From Malacoraja senta (lineage: Eukaryota): a stretch of DNA of 64,000 nucleotides. The stretch is taken from NCBI GenBank assembly GCA_038087875.1, contig CM075988.1, positions 7,132,001-7,196,000 of the forward strand. The letters are read 5' to 3'. This document shows positions 47,733 through 61,676 of this stretch, in pieces; position 1 is the stretch's first letter; every line of letters begins with the position of its first letter. The translations under genes were made by a program, and so were the position numbers. The notes beneath the pieces are model-generated. The model ran no database searches, had not been told where the DNA came from, and saw only the letters and a list, made by a program, of their open reading frames with translations.

Positions 47733-50700
47733 GTAATTTTTCAAATAAAGTAAATCTGTGGAGAGACACAAAATGCTAGAGAACTCGGCAGGTCAGGCGG
47801 CAACCCTGGAGAACATGGATAGATGATGTTTCGGGACGGGACCCTTCATCAGACTCGGTCTAACTTTGGGTTTCTGCCCCGAAACGTCACCTATCCATGT
47901 TCTCCAGGGATAATGCTGCCTTATTCGGTCTGAAAAAGGGTCTTGACCTGAAACGTCACCTATCCATGTTCACCAGGGATGCTGCCTGACCTGCTGAATT
48001 ATTCCAGCATTCTGCGACTTTCCTTGGTAAACCAGCATCTCCAGTTCCTTGTTTCTAAAATAACTCTATTGCAATTTAGCATGTGTAATATGATAAGAGA
48101 GAACTTGCATATTGAATACTGCCTAATGAAGCCACACTGTCAACCTTGGCTGATTGGGTGAAGAAAGTGTTAGACAGTAGGGTAAAGATGGGCAGAAAGG
48201 ACCAAATATAGTTGAAGAAAGGGTAGATAATGGGGTGGATTCACAGGGGAAAAAGGGACCAGTTTGAATTGTTAATTGAAAGGGTACAAATCGGGTTTCT
48301 GGGTGGTAAACCCTTTCTGTGTGGTTAATGCTTATCTTGTCAGCCTGCTGCCTAACATACTAAATCTAATGTTATATTCAAATTATTCAGACTGCCCAAT
48401 ATGGGGAATCCACATCTCTGCCCCTTTACTGAAGTTGGCAATAGTTGAAGCAAGGTGAATTACCAATGTAGCTGGAACTGAACTAACTTAAACCCTATGA
48501 ACTACAGGTGGAACGTGCTGTCACCCACTGTGGGGTTGTCCTGTGTGGGTTACCCAGAGTTACGTGGGAAGAACCCACATGAGCCAAATGGCCTATTCCC
48601 CTTCTAAGCACCAGTGAGTTAGATTTGTAGAAGCCATGGTAGCCATTTTGGTGCTACAGGGACTCCTGAAATGACTGTGGAAACTGCACATGGACAAGGG
48701 TAATGCATCATGGAGGTCACGCGAGGATTACTCATGAAGGGATGTATTTATGTATTTTTATTTTGGCGAGACCATATCTTGAGCTGTGGGATTTGCAAAA
48801 AAAAACACTGTCTTCCCATAAGCACTGGCAGCCATTTACTATACTTGTGTTCCCTTAAGAGATCAATGATGAATTCTCCCAATCACCCAACGTGCTGCAT
48901 TACTAGCGTCTGATGAAAGGTCTTCAGCCAAAACGTCACCTAGTCCTTTTCTTCAGAGATGCTGCCTAACCCGCTGAGTTACTATGCATTACCTTTGGTG
49001 TAAACCAACATCTGCAGTTCCGCCTAACACATGCTCGATCACTAGTTGTTCTTCATGGTTAATGCAATGGTTCCAGGCAACACCCATGATACATTATTCC
49101 TTGAACAGCTTGAAAGATTTAACAGCAGCTTCTTCCCTGCAAACTCTGGAACAGACCCCACATAAACTAAGGATGTATTCCTGATCTCCCAATCTACCTC
49201 GTTGTGGCCCTTGCGCTTTTTTTATCTGCACTTTCTTTGTAGCTGGAACTCTATATTCTGCATTCTGTTTCCTTTCTCTTTTTGCACTACATGTTGTACT
49301 CGTGTATTTGACTGTAATCGCGTTTGGGTGATTTATCTAGATAGCATGCATTTTATAAGCCAACAAAGGCTGATAGAGAATATAGAGGGAGAAAATAGAT
49401 GATGAAAGGAAGAAATATAAAATCAGAAGGAGCACCTGCAAGCATACAGCAAGCAATAGAGTAGGTAAGATAAACACTGGTCCCTTAGAGGGTGTGAATG
49501 TGGAAAATAAACTCGGACGTAATCTCAGGATGAGGGTGTTGCCCTTTTAAGATTGAGACGACAAATGGCTTCTTTCAAAAATGTTATGAAACTTTCAATT
49601 CTCTGCACTGTCTGTGAAGGTTGTATCATGAAAGTTGCATCATACGAGTGCTTGTCTGTATAGAGTTTGTACATTCTCCCCATGACCTGCATGGGTTTTT
49701 TTCTGCATGCTCTGGTTTCCTCTCACACACCAAAGACATACAGGTTTGTAGACTAATTGGCTTGGTAAAATTGTAATTTATCCTGAGTTTGTGCACGATG
49801 GTGTTAGTGTGCGGGGATCGCTGGTCGGCGTAGACTCGGTGGGCCGAAATCTCTAAACTAAATTAAACTGGTGGCAAAATTATATGTTTCACATACAGCC
49901 AAATGTTCAAATATCTACAACTTAAAGTTAGCAGGTGATATCTAGATACATGGAAAAGATAACAAGGTAGATTACTGTCCATACTGCAGCCTGCATCACC
50001 TAAAATGAAGATGGACACAAAGTACTGGTGCAACTCAGTGGGTCAGGCAGCATCTCTAGAGAAAAGTAACATTTCCGGTCAGAACCCTTCTTAAAATGAA
50101 CTCCTTAAATATGAAAGCAATTTGCTTTCTCTTCATTAGTTCAATGTTTCTCCATCTTAACAAAGCTTCTGAAGTTTCTTAATTTTTTTAATACAGCCTA
50201 CTAAAAATTTATAATTGATTACAAATAAATCTGATTCATACACTGACGTGCAAAGCTCAATTAATGAGTGCCATTACTGCTACACTGTGGTTTAGATCAA
50301 TTTATTTATAGATCTGAAGAATTCTTATTGAGATAGTTAATATGTTAAAACCACATTGAAAATCAAATGCATATCTGCTGCCATTCTGAATTTTAATGCA
50401 GCTTTTAATTGAGATCTGTATCTTTGTGAATACATTGTGCAATAGAGTCATGACTGCAGGAATATCTATTAGATTTTCTGCACAACCGAAGAGTTTATAA
50501 ATTGAAATAGCCTTTAGTTTAGAGATACAGCGTGGAACCAGGCCCTTCGGCTTACTGATAGACGATCAATGATCACCCGTATACTAGTTCTATCCTACAC
50601 ATTATGGACAATTTACAGAAGCTAATTAACCTACAAACCCGCACGGCTTTGGAATGTGAGGAAACAATTGCTGTCACAGGAAGAATATACAAACTCCGTA

Positions 50701-51960
50701 AACACAGCACCTGTAGTCAGACCTGGGTCTCTGGTGCTGTAAGGCAGCAACTCTACCACTGCACCATGGTGATGCCTTGTAGGTCCCAAATATACATCCT
50801 AGTCACACCTTCTGAATACATATCTCACTTATTCTTTTATCAGAAGAAAATATTTGTTGAATTTATTACTCTCCACTTGTTGGTATGTCAATTATTCCAC
50901 CTATTTCGGACCCAATGGGTGAAATAGTTTAATCTTAATTATTTTTAAATAATATCCCTGAGTCTTCAAATATTTTCCTCTTTTTGTTTCACTTAGCAAT
51001 ATTAGGATTCTAAAGAAGTGTGATGGTTGGGATCTTTCAACTTCCCATACAAGCTAAAAAAGACACAAAGTGCTGGAGTAACTCAGCAGGTCAGGCAGCA
51101 TCCCTGGAGAACATAGATAGGTGATGTTTCGAGTTGGGACCCTTCTTCACTTCTATATATGTTCAATAGCAATAACACTCTATGCATCAGTTGGCTAGAA
51201 TAGGATGTCCTATACTGGGTAGAGAATCTGGTCAATCCTTTACACAATTAATAAATAACCTGTATTGACCTGTATTTTTTTTCTCTACTATAGTCCTCTG
51301 CCAATAATACAAAGCTGATTTTAATTTATCTGATAATTTTTTTAATATTAACCCTCATTTTGTTGTTAAACGATTAAATAATTATATTCTTTAAGTGCAA
51401 AAATTATTTCATTAGTTTGTAGTGTGATCTAACACCCTCCATACCGTAATTAAGATGGCACCTATAAACCAGGCCGAAAGTTGGATTGTTCCCTCTACTT
51501 TAAGGCCATTAAAGCCATGTTAATCACCTTTTGCCTTTGAGTTAAATCCCCAAGAAACTGGAGATTTCTTTTCTAGTCAGAAATAAAAACAGAAAATGCT
51601 GGAAATGTTCAGCAGCATCTTTGGAGAGAAAATGGAGTCAAGTTCTCATGGAAAGCTTGTGGCCAGTAAAATCTCTCTCCATTGGTGCTGCTTGATGTGG
51701 CCATTCCCAGCATTCTGTTTATATTTCAGACATTCCAGAATCCACAATTATTTTTAAATGTTCCTTCCCAATCACCTTTCTGGGATCTGTGGTACTCTGG
51801 ATAAGCTCTCTATGTGTGTGTGTGTCTGTGCGTGCGCATGTATGCGTGCCCGTCTGTCTGTCAGTGTGCATGCTCATGCTTGTTAAGGCACAGACAGTCA
51901 TGTAGTCCATCCTGTGCACCTCTGCCTATAGCAATTTAGTCATTTAGACCTTACTGTAGA

Positions 51961-52256
51961 CTTTAGAGATACAACATGAGAGAAACAGGCCCTTTGGCCC
52001 ACCAAGTCCTCGCCGACCTGCGATCACCCCGTACACTAGCACCACCCTACACGCTAGGGACAATTTACAATTTTACCGAAACCAGCTAACCTATAAACCT
52101 ACACACCTTTGCAGTGTGGGAGGAAAGCGGAGCACCCAGAGAAAACCCATGCAAGTCACACAGAGAACATACAAACTCCATCCAGACAGCATCATAGTCA
52201 GGATCGAACCCGGGTGTCTAGCGCTGTCAGGCAGCAACTCTGCTACTGTGCCACAC
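51961..52256 (-). mobile_element. HE1/V-SINE-like SINE
   Basis: Head GGTTCGATCC, V-domain, tail. Further partial copies at about 11415, 21330, 24745, 31533, 49645, 50513 and 62147. Confidence 0.8.
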
Positions 52257-52773
52257 ACTTTATTTTCTGTCTCAACATCTCTTTTGTTCTCTTTCTAAAT
52301 TTTGGTGACTGGGGCATAGAGGAATAGCTTTTCCATTGATTTAACTGGGAAAACTCATAAAGAGGATTTCAGTCTAGAAAGCCTGTACACTTGAAGTTGA
52401 TGAGTCCAGTTCAAATACTAGAAGCTGAAACACAACACAAGCTTGGCTGTACATCACACTGCACAGAACAGAACTGAGATATTTTAGAAATTCATTACAG
52501 TTAGAAGTGTGCTGTGTTTTTGTATTTAATTCATTTGAGCCTCCTTCAACCCTGCAAGGCTGTGCAATGCTCACACTTTGAATGCTACTCAAGCCCTTCT
52601 GAAACTAAGTCCTGTTGAACAATCAACCTTGCATCCATTGATTGAAATTATCTTCCCGTTCCCCAACTCTTTAATTTGAGAATTCTCATCCTTATTTTCA
52701 GACCATCACAGCTACATCTTTCTCTTTTCCTGTAATTCTTACAATTTCTCCTATCCTCCAAAAGCACAAACAA

Positions 52774-53667
52774 TATCAAATTAAATCAAATTTATTTATA
52801 AAGCACATTTAAAAACAACCCACGTTGCCCAAAGTGCTGTACAGACCAGTGACATTTGAGTTACCATTGCAGCACATAAATAAGATAAACACAACACTAT
52901 AGAATTTAACATTAAACATAAAAACATCCCCCCACAGCGGGATCAACGTTTCCCACTGTAAGGGAAGGCAATAATAATTCAGTCCTCTTCCTCTTGTTCA
53001 CCCGTGGTCGGGGCCTATTGAAGCCTCTGCAGTCGCCGTAACATCCGCCCGATGTTTCAGGCCCCTCTCGCCGGGATAATGGAACTCCGGCGTCAGAAGA
53101 ACACTCTCAGTGGTTTGGAGTTCTGAATCAGCCGCTTCCTACCGGAGACCGCAGCTCCCGAAGTCCACAGGCCGAGCTGTGCAGAGCTCCAACATAGGCT
53201 ATCCTCGGCCGAAAGATCCCAGGCTCCACGATGTTAAAGTCAGCGCCGCCCGCAGCTGGAAGCTCCGCAGACCATAGCTCCATGGTGTTAAAGTCGACAG
53301 TCCCAGCACTCCGGAGCTCCACACGGCGATCTCCGGTTAGGCATCGCCTGCTCCGCGATAGTACTTCAGTGCTGCGCCGCTGCTGGAGGAAAGGCCGTGC
53401 CAATCCAGAAGATGCGGCTCAGAGGAAAGACGCATCCTCGACCAGGTAGAGACTAAGAAAAACAGCTTCCCCCTTTCCTCCACATCCCCCACATAAAAAG
53501 ACTAAAAGACCTCCAAAACAAAACTTTTTGACAGACTAAAAATTAAAAAAAATTAAAAAATTAAAAAATTAAAAAATAATAATATATTAAAAAAAAAATT
53601 AATTACATTTTTTTTAAAGGATGAAAGGACAAACAGCTGCAGGCGAGGCAGCCATACTGCAGCTGTT
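52774..53667 (-). mobile_element. GC-rich non-autonomous retroposon, copy C (Rex-type tail stub plus L2-type tail)
   Basis: Head GGCTGCCTCGCCTGCAGCTG; two GACTTTAACA(T/C)C..GGAGC motifs; hairpin 52927-52966; tail TGTACAGCACTTTGG...AAATGTGCTTTATAAATAAA. Confidence 0.72.
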
Positions 53668-54244
53668 CGAATATATTATTATAATACAGATGTTAAAATG
53701 TCATGATATTTTACTGCACAAACATTTGGCAAACGGCTTCAGAAACAATTAATGCATTTTTAGGTTATGGAAGGGATAGAGGTGGAGAGTTTGAAGGAAG
53801 AAATGCATGAAGAAACAAGGAACTGCAGATGCTGATTTACAAAAGAAGACATGGAGTGCTGGAACAGCTCAGCAGGTCAGGCAACATCACAGGAGGACAT
53901 GGATAGGTGACATTTTAGGCCGGTGGAACCCTTCTTCAGACTGATTGTCTGAAGAAGGGTCCTGACCCTGAACATCAGCTATCCATGTTCTTTCGAGATG
54001 CTGCCTGATCTGCTGAGCTACTCGAGAACTCTATATCGTCAAGAGATTCATGAACTTGGGTTCCAGCTTGCCGATTTTCTTTTTAAATTGAAGGATGCAT
54101 AAGAGGCATATACTTTGCTCTCCTTGATGCAGTTGGGATTGATCTTAAACTGCACCCAAGTCACGAGTTAATTAATGTGTTTTGCAATGGTAGGCTCTGT
54201 TCACTTTAAGAAGTGGCTCTATAATAAAATGCCTGTAGGCAATG

Positions 54245-54465
54245 TGTGTAGAAAGGAACTGCAGATGCTGGTTTATACTGAAGATAGGCCCAAAGTGCTG
54301 AAGTAACTCATGAAGTCAGGCGGCATCCCTGGTGAAAAAGGTTGGGTGACATTTCGGGTCGGGACCCTTCTTCAGAATGAAAGGTCCCGACCCGAAATGT
54401 CACCCATCCTTTTTCTCCAGAGATCTTGCATGACCCGCTGAGTTACTCCAGCATTATGTGTCTAT
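54245..54465. repeat. Head-to-head pair of Penelope/hammerhead short repeats
   Basis: Both arms carry the variant GTCCCGACCCGAAATGTCACCC. A similar pair lies at 53812-54030. Confidence 0.82.
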
Positions 54466-54552
54466 GGCCTGTGGACAATGCTGTGAATCAGAGCTTGCAA
54501 GAGAAAGTGAATGCTGATCATGAGCTTTTATTTCTGTTCTGTGTTTTACCAG

Positions 54553-54627
54553 TATACACTGTCCCAGGAGACCATCGAGGCACTGAAGAAGCCCACGTTT
54601 GATGTGTGGCACTGGGAGTACAATGAG
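54553..54627 (+). CDS. PDE9A: PDE9A-like coding exon 9: [25 protein letters not shown]
   Basis: taccag|TAT...GAG|gtacca, 75 nt; aligns to [25 protein letters not shown]. Confidence 0.96.
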
Positions 54628-54849
54628 GTACCATGAAGTTGTCTTACCTGGACACTGCAGCCGCGAGGAAAATAGTCAAAATAACACAGGTGGCCATGTT
54701 TGGAGTACTGTGTAGGAAGGAACTGCAGATACTGGTTGATACCAAAGATAGACAAAAAATGCTGGAGTAACTCAGCGGGTCAGGCAGCATCTCTGGAGAA
54801 AAGGAATAGGTGATGTTTCGGGTCGGAACCCTTCTTCAGAACTGAAGAG

Positions 54850-55745
54850 TTACTGTGTGCAGTTCTGGTCACCGCATGACAAGAAGGATGTGGGGGTTTG
54901 GAGATGGTGCAGAAGTGGTTCACCAGGATGTTGCCTGGATTAGAGAGTACCGGCTACAAGGAGAGGTTGAACAAATGTGGATTGTTTTCTCTGGAGCATT
55001 AGAGGCTGAGGGAGAATCTGATAGAAATTTATCAAATTATGAGATGTATAGATGGCCTTTTTTCCAGTTTGGAAATGTCAAATATCAAAGTGTAAAGCTT
55101 TAAAGTGATAGGGGGAAGTTTAAAGGAGATTTGCGAAGCAGGTTTTATTTCCACAGAGCGTGGTAGGTGCCTGGGATAGTGGTGGAAGGAGGTATGATAG
55201 CAATGTTCAAGAGGCATTTCTATATACACGTGACACGCAGGAATGGAGGGATATAGACCATGAGCAGACATATGGGATTGGTTTAAATTAACATTGTGAA
55301 CAGGACAAATGAGATGGACTAAAGGGTTTGTTCCTGTGCTGTGTCTGTATTCTTCGTTGCTGAGGCTATAATCACACAGGAGAGACATGAGAGGAATAGA
55401 TCGAGTAAACGCACAAAGTCTCTTGCCCAGAGTGGGGGAATTGAGAACCAGAGGACATGGGTTCAGGTGAGGGGGGAAATATTTAATAGAAACTTGAGGG
55501 GTAACATTTTTTACACAAAGGGTGGTGGGTGTATGGAACGAGTTGCCAGAGGAGGTAGTTGAGGGAGGTCCTATTGCAAAGTTTAAGAAACATTTAGACA
55601 GGTACATTGAAAGGAGAGGTCTAGAGGGATATAGAGGCCAACATAGGCAGGTGGGACTAGTGTAGATGGGGCATGTTGGTCAGTGTGGCCAAATTGGACT
55701 GAAGGGCCTGCTTCCACACAGTGCGACTCTTTGACTGCTTCTATG
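54850..55745 (+). mobile_element. Two tandem CR1 3' fragments
   Basis: GTGCAGTTCTGGTCACC... with 3'UTR tails ending near 55345 and 55745. Confidence 0.75.
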
Positions 55746-56295
55746 ACATGTAGGAACAGAGTAACAGCTGACTAACAATCATTTTCTGGAGAATTTCGCT
55801 CATCTGTTTGTTTAGATCTGGTTTTTTTTTTTGTGTGCCTCCAGCTATAGTAATTATCTCCATTGATCTTGGATTGTCCATCTTGCCATCCTTGAGTGGA
55901 GATTGTCCTTAATTTCTGAAAGTACCTGAGCAACCTGAAAGATTGGCCACTGGGCTGGATGTGTAAACCACCTCCACCTCAACCTCTGCAATAACACTGT
56001 CCGAGATTCCTTCGGGCAACCCAAGGAGGCTTGTAGTGATCCCACAGTAATCATGTAATAGACAATGACCTTCAGTAGCACCACCACAGTTAGAAATCAA
56101 CTGATAATGGTAGAGACCCTCTCTAGTGTGACTGACCCAGCAAACAATGTCAGAGGATGTGTATGATCATGCTTGCAATAACACACCTTTGCTAGTTTAA
56201 CACTTAGAATGTTTCCAGTAAAATATTGGGTAATAGCATATCGTAGGAGAAACAAGTTTAAGTGTGTACTAACTATATGTTGTAATTATTGGCAG

Positions 56296-56382
56296 ATGCT
56301 CAGCTGCCTTGAGTACATGTTCCATGACCTTGGACTGGTGGAAGAGTTTAACATGAACCCCATCATACTGAAACGTTGGCTG
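56296..56382 (+). CDS. PDE9A: PDE9A-like coding exon 10: [29 protein letters not shown]
   Basis: tggcag|ATG...CTG|gtaagt, 87 nt. Confidence 0.97.
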
Positions 56383-56457
56383 GTAAGTTTGCTGCTTTTG
56401 AGGCAAAGTTGGTATTTGTTGGCATTTTACGTTACAGGTTGGAACAGAAATGAGGCA

Positions 56458-57886
56458 TAGAGTCATAGAGTGATACAGTGTGGAAACAGGCCCTTCGGCC
56501 CAACTCGCCCACACCGGCCAACAATGTCCCAGCTACACTAGTCCTACTTGCCTGTGCTTGGTCCACATCCCTCCAAATCTTACCTATCCATGTACCTGTC
56601 TAACTGTTTCTTAAATGATGGGATGGGCCCAGCCTCAACTACGTCCTCTGGTAGCTTGTTCCATACACCCACCACCCTTTGTGTGGAAAAAGTTACCCCT
56701 CGGATTCCTATTAAATCTTTTCCCCTTCACCTTGAACCTATGTCCTCTAGTCCTCGATTCCCCTACCCTGGGCAAAAGACTCTGTGCATCTACTCGATCT
56801 ATTCCTCTCCTGATTTTGTATACCTCTATAAGATCTCCCCCATCCTCCTGTGCTCCATGGAATAGAGACCCAGCCTACTCAACCTCTCCCTTTAGCCCAC
56901 ACCCTCTAGTCTTGGCAACATCCTCGTAATTATTTTCTGAACCCTTTTAAGCTTGACAATATCTTTCCGATAACATGGTGCCCAGAACTGAACACAATAT
57001 TCTAAATGCGGTCTCACTGACGTCTTATACAACTACAGGGGCAGAAAACCCGGGGGGGGGGGGATGGGGGGCCAGAGGGGACACGTCCCCTCCATGTTTT
57101 GAGAGGTGGGGGACATCCCCCCCAAGCTTTTGTAATCCGGATTTAAAAACCCGGTGAAATCTCCGCTTTCCGCGAGACAGTGGGAGTGGGACTGCTGATC
57201 GAGGGGGAGAGAGCCGTCGGTCAGCAGGCAATGGGGGCGGGACATGATAATTCAGCGCGATGATTGGATGAGGGAGGAGTAGGGGTGGGACTGAGGATTG
57301 AGTGCGGTGATTGGAGGAGGGAGACGTGGCACAGACCTGCGCCTCATCCGCAGGCAGGATCGATCCCGGCCGGGTCTCCGGCGCTGTCCCGTCCCCACCC
57401 GAGTGCCCCCCCCCCAGAGAGGTCGGCAGCAGAGATCCTCCGCTATAGGATCTTTGGTCGGTAGTCAGACCGGCGCAGTGCCCCCCAGGCCCACAGCCAG
57501 CGCAGAGAAGCAGCGCTAAACCAGATCAACTCTGCCTGTCCCGCCAGGTGAGCCTATAGCCTTCCTGGACTTGCGGGAAATATGGCCAGCACGGAGAAAC
57601 AGCGCTGGTATCCCGTCAGTCCAGACAGGGCATAACCCGGTGAGACAGGCAGAGTTGAGCTGCATTTAGCGCTAGATTGAGCCTCCGAAGCATCGTGCGT
57701 GTGTGTGCATGTGTGAGTGTGCGCATGCGCGCGCGGCCGCCAAAAAATTGTGTCCCCCGTCCCCTCCATGTTTTGATAGCGAGTTCCGCTCTTGAACTGC
57801 AACATGACCTCTGAACTTCTATACTCAATACTCTGACTGATGAAGGCCAAAGTGCCATGAGTGTTTTTGACCACCTTATCTACCAT
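56458..57886 (-). mobile_element. CR1 3' fragment interrupted by a DNA transposon
   Basis: CR1 sequence resumes at TATAC-AACTG-CAACATG across the 57036-57794 insert; (CATAGAGT)n tail at 56457. Confidence 0.85.
57036..57794. mobile_element. Non-autonomous GC-rich DNA transposon with 5-bp TSD (hAT5-like)
   Basis: Ends CAGGGGCAGAAAAC... / ...GAGTTCCGCTCTTG (imperfect TIR); flanks AACTA (57031-35) and AACTG (57795-99); subterminal GTCCCCTCCATGTTTTGA present twice. Confidence 0.7.
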
Positions 57887-59463
57887 GAAGGCAGCCAGAA
57901 TGGCCAATACATGGCCAATGTATAAAATAGCACAAAATTAATGCCTGTTTTTATTGCTGTTCCATGATGAAGGAATTATGAAAACAGAGCATGAAATTAC
58001 ACTGTCTACATGGATGAACAGGAAGGCATTGGTAATGGAGATCCATGCAATATACATAGGTCTCAAATAGCAGACAGCTACTGCATTGAGAAGACCCAAT
58101 GGGAAAGTTGAAAATAATTATGAGTTAGGTTAAATTCATTTCCAAATGCTTAGCTATCGAGAATTATGTTAGATATAAGGGCAGTGAGTGAAATGAAATC
58201 AGCCAGTCTTAATCTCATCCCTGGTGTGCACAACTTACTGAGACTAATTGCTATTTGATGGAAGAACTGTCACCCTGCATCAGCAGAGATATCTTCCTCA
58301 CACTGGGGCTGATAGAAATTTGCTGTGCATGTGGATTTATCTGGAACTGATTCAAGAGCAGGTGCTGAAAGTTCTGTAAATAAAAATAGAAAATGCTGTA
58401 AATATTCAGCAGGTCAGGCAGCATCTGACGGGAGAGGAACAGAGTTAATAAGTCTGGTCAAAGACAGTTTGTCAGAACATTGAGATATACCTGAAGTTCA
58501 AAATTCTGGAGCTGTTGTAAGAATCTCACACAGGCGCTGTTCTGCAATATTCTGCATTACATTTAATGGTGACAATTATTATGAAGGATTGATTTGCCCG
58601 CTTGCTGTAGATAAATTATATGGTTTGTTCAAGGAGGCCCCTTGTTTATTTTTTATCATCTCATAACCTGGGCCAACATTGGTCAGAGGAAGGGTCCTGA
58701 GACCGATAGCGAGAATGGCCCTTTAACTAATGAAGCTACAGACCACAATCACAGGCAGGGTTGTGTTGAGTGTCCAACAACGAATGCTGGTCGCAACAAT
58801 GAGACTTAATTTCACTTGAAAACACTTAAATGAGTGATGTCAGTCGATGCACTGTTAAGAAACACTGCCCGGCTGAATTCTTAGAGTGAAGTGAAATGAT
58901 CCAGAAGAAGCTATGTTTGCATTTGACTCTGAAATTTTTTGATTTGCATTCACACAATGCTAAAAAGAATAGTTGTGCCATTGAATTTCTGGGCCATAGC
59001 ATTTTGAACAAGACTACTGTTGGAATTGCAACTCTTCAGCCTTTGCGCTTCCGCCTGTTCTTTGGAAGAACTGTCCATTTAATCCAACTATCACACCATC
59101 AATGATAAAACTATAAGGGATAGGAACAGATGTAGGCATCGGGTCCCCATTCAATAAGATAGTGGCTCATCTCATTGTCCTCAAGTTAATTTTCCTCTCC
59201 TCATAATCTTTGATTTCTTGACTTACTAATATCCAATCCTCCTCAGATTTGAATATATTCAAGGGTTCAGCCTCCATATCTTACAGGGGCAAATAAAATC
59301 CTATAAGGCATGAAATTCTTCCTCATTTTAGTCTTAAACTGGTAGCCTCATTCTAAGACTGTGATGACAGCTCCAACTAATTTGCTCCAATTCCGTTTGA
59401 AAGGTTGTGACTTGTTTATGAGTTTCACGTATTAATTGGGCCGGTTTTATATTGTTTATCCAG

Positions 59464-59568
59464 CTCAGCATTCAGGAGAACTACAGAAACAACCCATTCC
59501 ACAACTTCCGACACTGCTTCTGTGTGACTCAGATGATGTACGGTATGATCCATCTGTGTGAGCTACAG
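59464..59568 (+). CDS. PDE9A: PDE9A-like coding exon 11: [35 protein letters not shown]
   Basis: atccag|CTC...CAG|gtgagt, 105 nt; PDE metal-binding motif FHNxxH. Confidence 0.98.
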
Positions 59569-60093
59569 GTGAGTGGAGATTGCCAACTAGCCTGTGCTCC
59601 AGCACAAGTACATCCACCCAACAGTCTCCTCTATGGCCACATGTTTGGAAAGAGGAGACTGTTGGGTGGATGTACTTGTGCTGGAGATGCAATGAATACA
59701 ATCACCTTTTGCATCTGCCAACAATTATAATGGGAACATTTACACCTAACTCACTTCCCATTAAGAGATTCAAATGGAGTAGCAGACATGGTGAATCGAA
59801 CCTGGGTCTCGAGCACTGTGAGGCAGTCGATCTATCAGTTGTGCCATTGTGTTGGACATGGCGAAGTAAAACAAACATAGATTATAGTTACCGATTAACA
59901 TGATAAGAAATTCATAACAAACTTACTTACCAAATGAATGGCTGAAAAGTGGTTGAAGTAAGAAAAATTATTTTTTGGGGGGAGGAAAACCCCCATAAAA
60001 AGAAGTAAGGTCTGGAAGGAAACGTTTATGGGGTTAGATGCAGCAAAATAGGAGAAAGTTTGTGTGAAGACTAAACTCTGATAGGATGCCTAA

Positions 60094-60330
60094 AGGGCCT
60101 GTCCCACTTTCACAACCTAATTCTTGTTCTCTGACAAGTTTGCCCTTGACTCATACTCGCAGCAGGGTCATCACGAGGTCGTAGGAGGTCATAGGTAGGT
60201 CGTAGCAGGCCGTGATGCTAGTCGTAGGTACTCGTGGCATCAAGTAGGTCGGGGCGTTTTTCTAGCCTGATGAAAAATGTCCACGAGTAAAAAAGGTTGT
60301 GAATTAGGTCGCGAAAGTGGGACAGGCCCT
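60094..60330. mobile_element. PIF/Harbinger-type MITE, same subfamily as 31253-31469
   Basis: TIR AGGGCCTGTCCCACTTTC; flanks TAA and TTA; interior closely matches the 31253 copy. Confidence 0.85.
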
Positions 60331-60469
60331 TTAACGATTAAAATTGACTACACGCATACAAACAATAAAAATCACATGCACTAATTGAACAAACTGTTCC
60401 CGCCGTTCTGATTCAACAATTTCTAGCAAACAAGCAAAGAAGCAACTTCTAGAATATTTAGATGTGGTC

Positions 60470-60775
60470 AACACAATGGCACAACTGATAGATCGACTGC
60501 CTCGCAGTGCTCGAGACCCAGGTTCGATTCTGACTGTGTGGAGTTTACACATTCTCACTGTGACCGCATAGGTTTCCTCCGGGTGCACTGGTTTCCTTCC
60601 ACATCCCGGAGATGTGCGGGTTGGTAGGTTAATTTGCCTCTGTGCTGGGAGTGGATGAGAAAGTGGGATAACATGGAACTGGTGTGAACGGGTGAGCAAT
60701 GTTTTTTTGTGGACTCAGTGGGCCCTAGGGCCTGTTTCACACTCTACCTATAAACTAAAACACTAAACTAAAATT
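60470..60775 (+). mobile_element. HE1/V-SINE-like SINE
   Basis: GGTTCGATTC B box, V-domain, (CTAAA)n tail. Confidence 0.72.
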
Positions 60776-61676
60776 AGAAATGGTTGAAAACATAAACTTG
60801 CGGAAGCTGTAAAACTGAAATACCGTAAATAACAATCACAGAAACTCTCAGCAGGCCAGTGAGCATCTGTGGAAAGAGAAACAAAGTTAATGTTTCAGGA
60901 AGATGACCTTTACACAAATGCTGTCTGACTTGCAATGTTTGCACTGTTTTCTCTTTTTCTTCAAGACAAAGAAGATTATACCTTAGATTGTAAACTTTAG
61001 TTTATATCAATAGTCTCAACTGGGAATAAGAGCCCTTTTCTTTGTTGATCAGAAGAATTGGCACAACCAACCAGCCAAAGCTGTGCTTCTGGAACCATTC
61101 ATTAATCTAACAATGTAACGGAGCCTTGCCTTATGAAGGCTCTTTCAAGAATGGCACATCAACAAGCTTTATTTAATCCTTGTCTACTCTTCAAACAACA
61201 AAGTCTATTACCTGTGTCTTCCTGAGTCAATTATAGAACAATGCTTACCAATTTATCTTTTGATCAGAACTATTGCCATTTTGTTCTATGTAGGCAATCT
61301 TTAGCCTGTCTGATATATTGATATAAAGGGATTTTTTCAAATGTTAAAGAGAATTGCATTCAGAAACCAAGTCGTGGATAGAGCTTTTGAGTAGCTGTAC
61401 AACTACACACACATGCATGATAGCATGTTTACTCAATACTTTGTGTGTGCAACCATGCACTAATTCCTTTGCATCAGTCTTGTTGCACTGCTTTGAATAG
61501 ATCTGCAATATGAACGAAAACCCACCAGTTGTTGCATTTATTCTGCTGTTCATATGAGTTGAGATATAAGCTATCTTCAGACCATGTGCCATGCCTCCTG
61601 AAGAGATGGAATAACCTTCTAAATGTTTATACTATCCAGTAATTGTGTTAACCTTGTTCTTACTGCATGTGTACAG

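Noticed and set aside
55854..56100. Unique-looking stretch with short ORFs
   Set aside because: No homology recognised and no clear exon boundaries.
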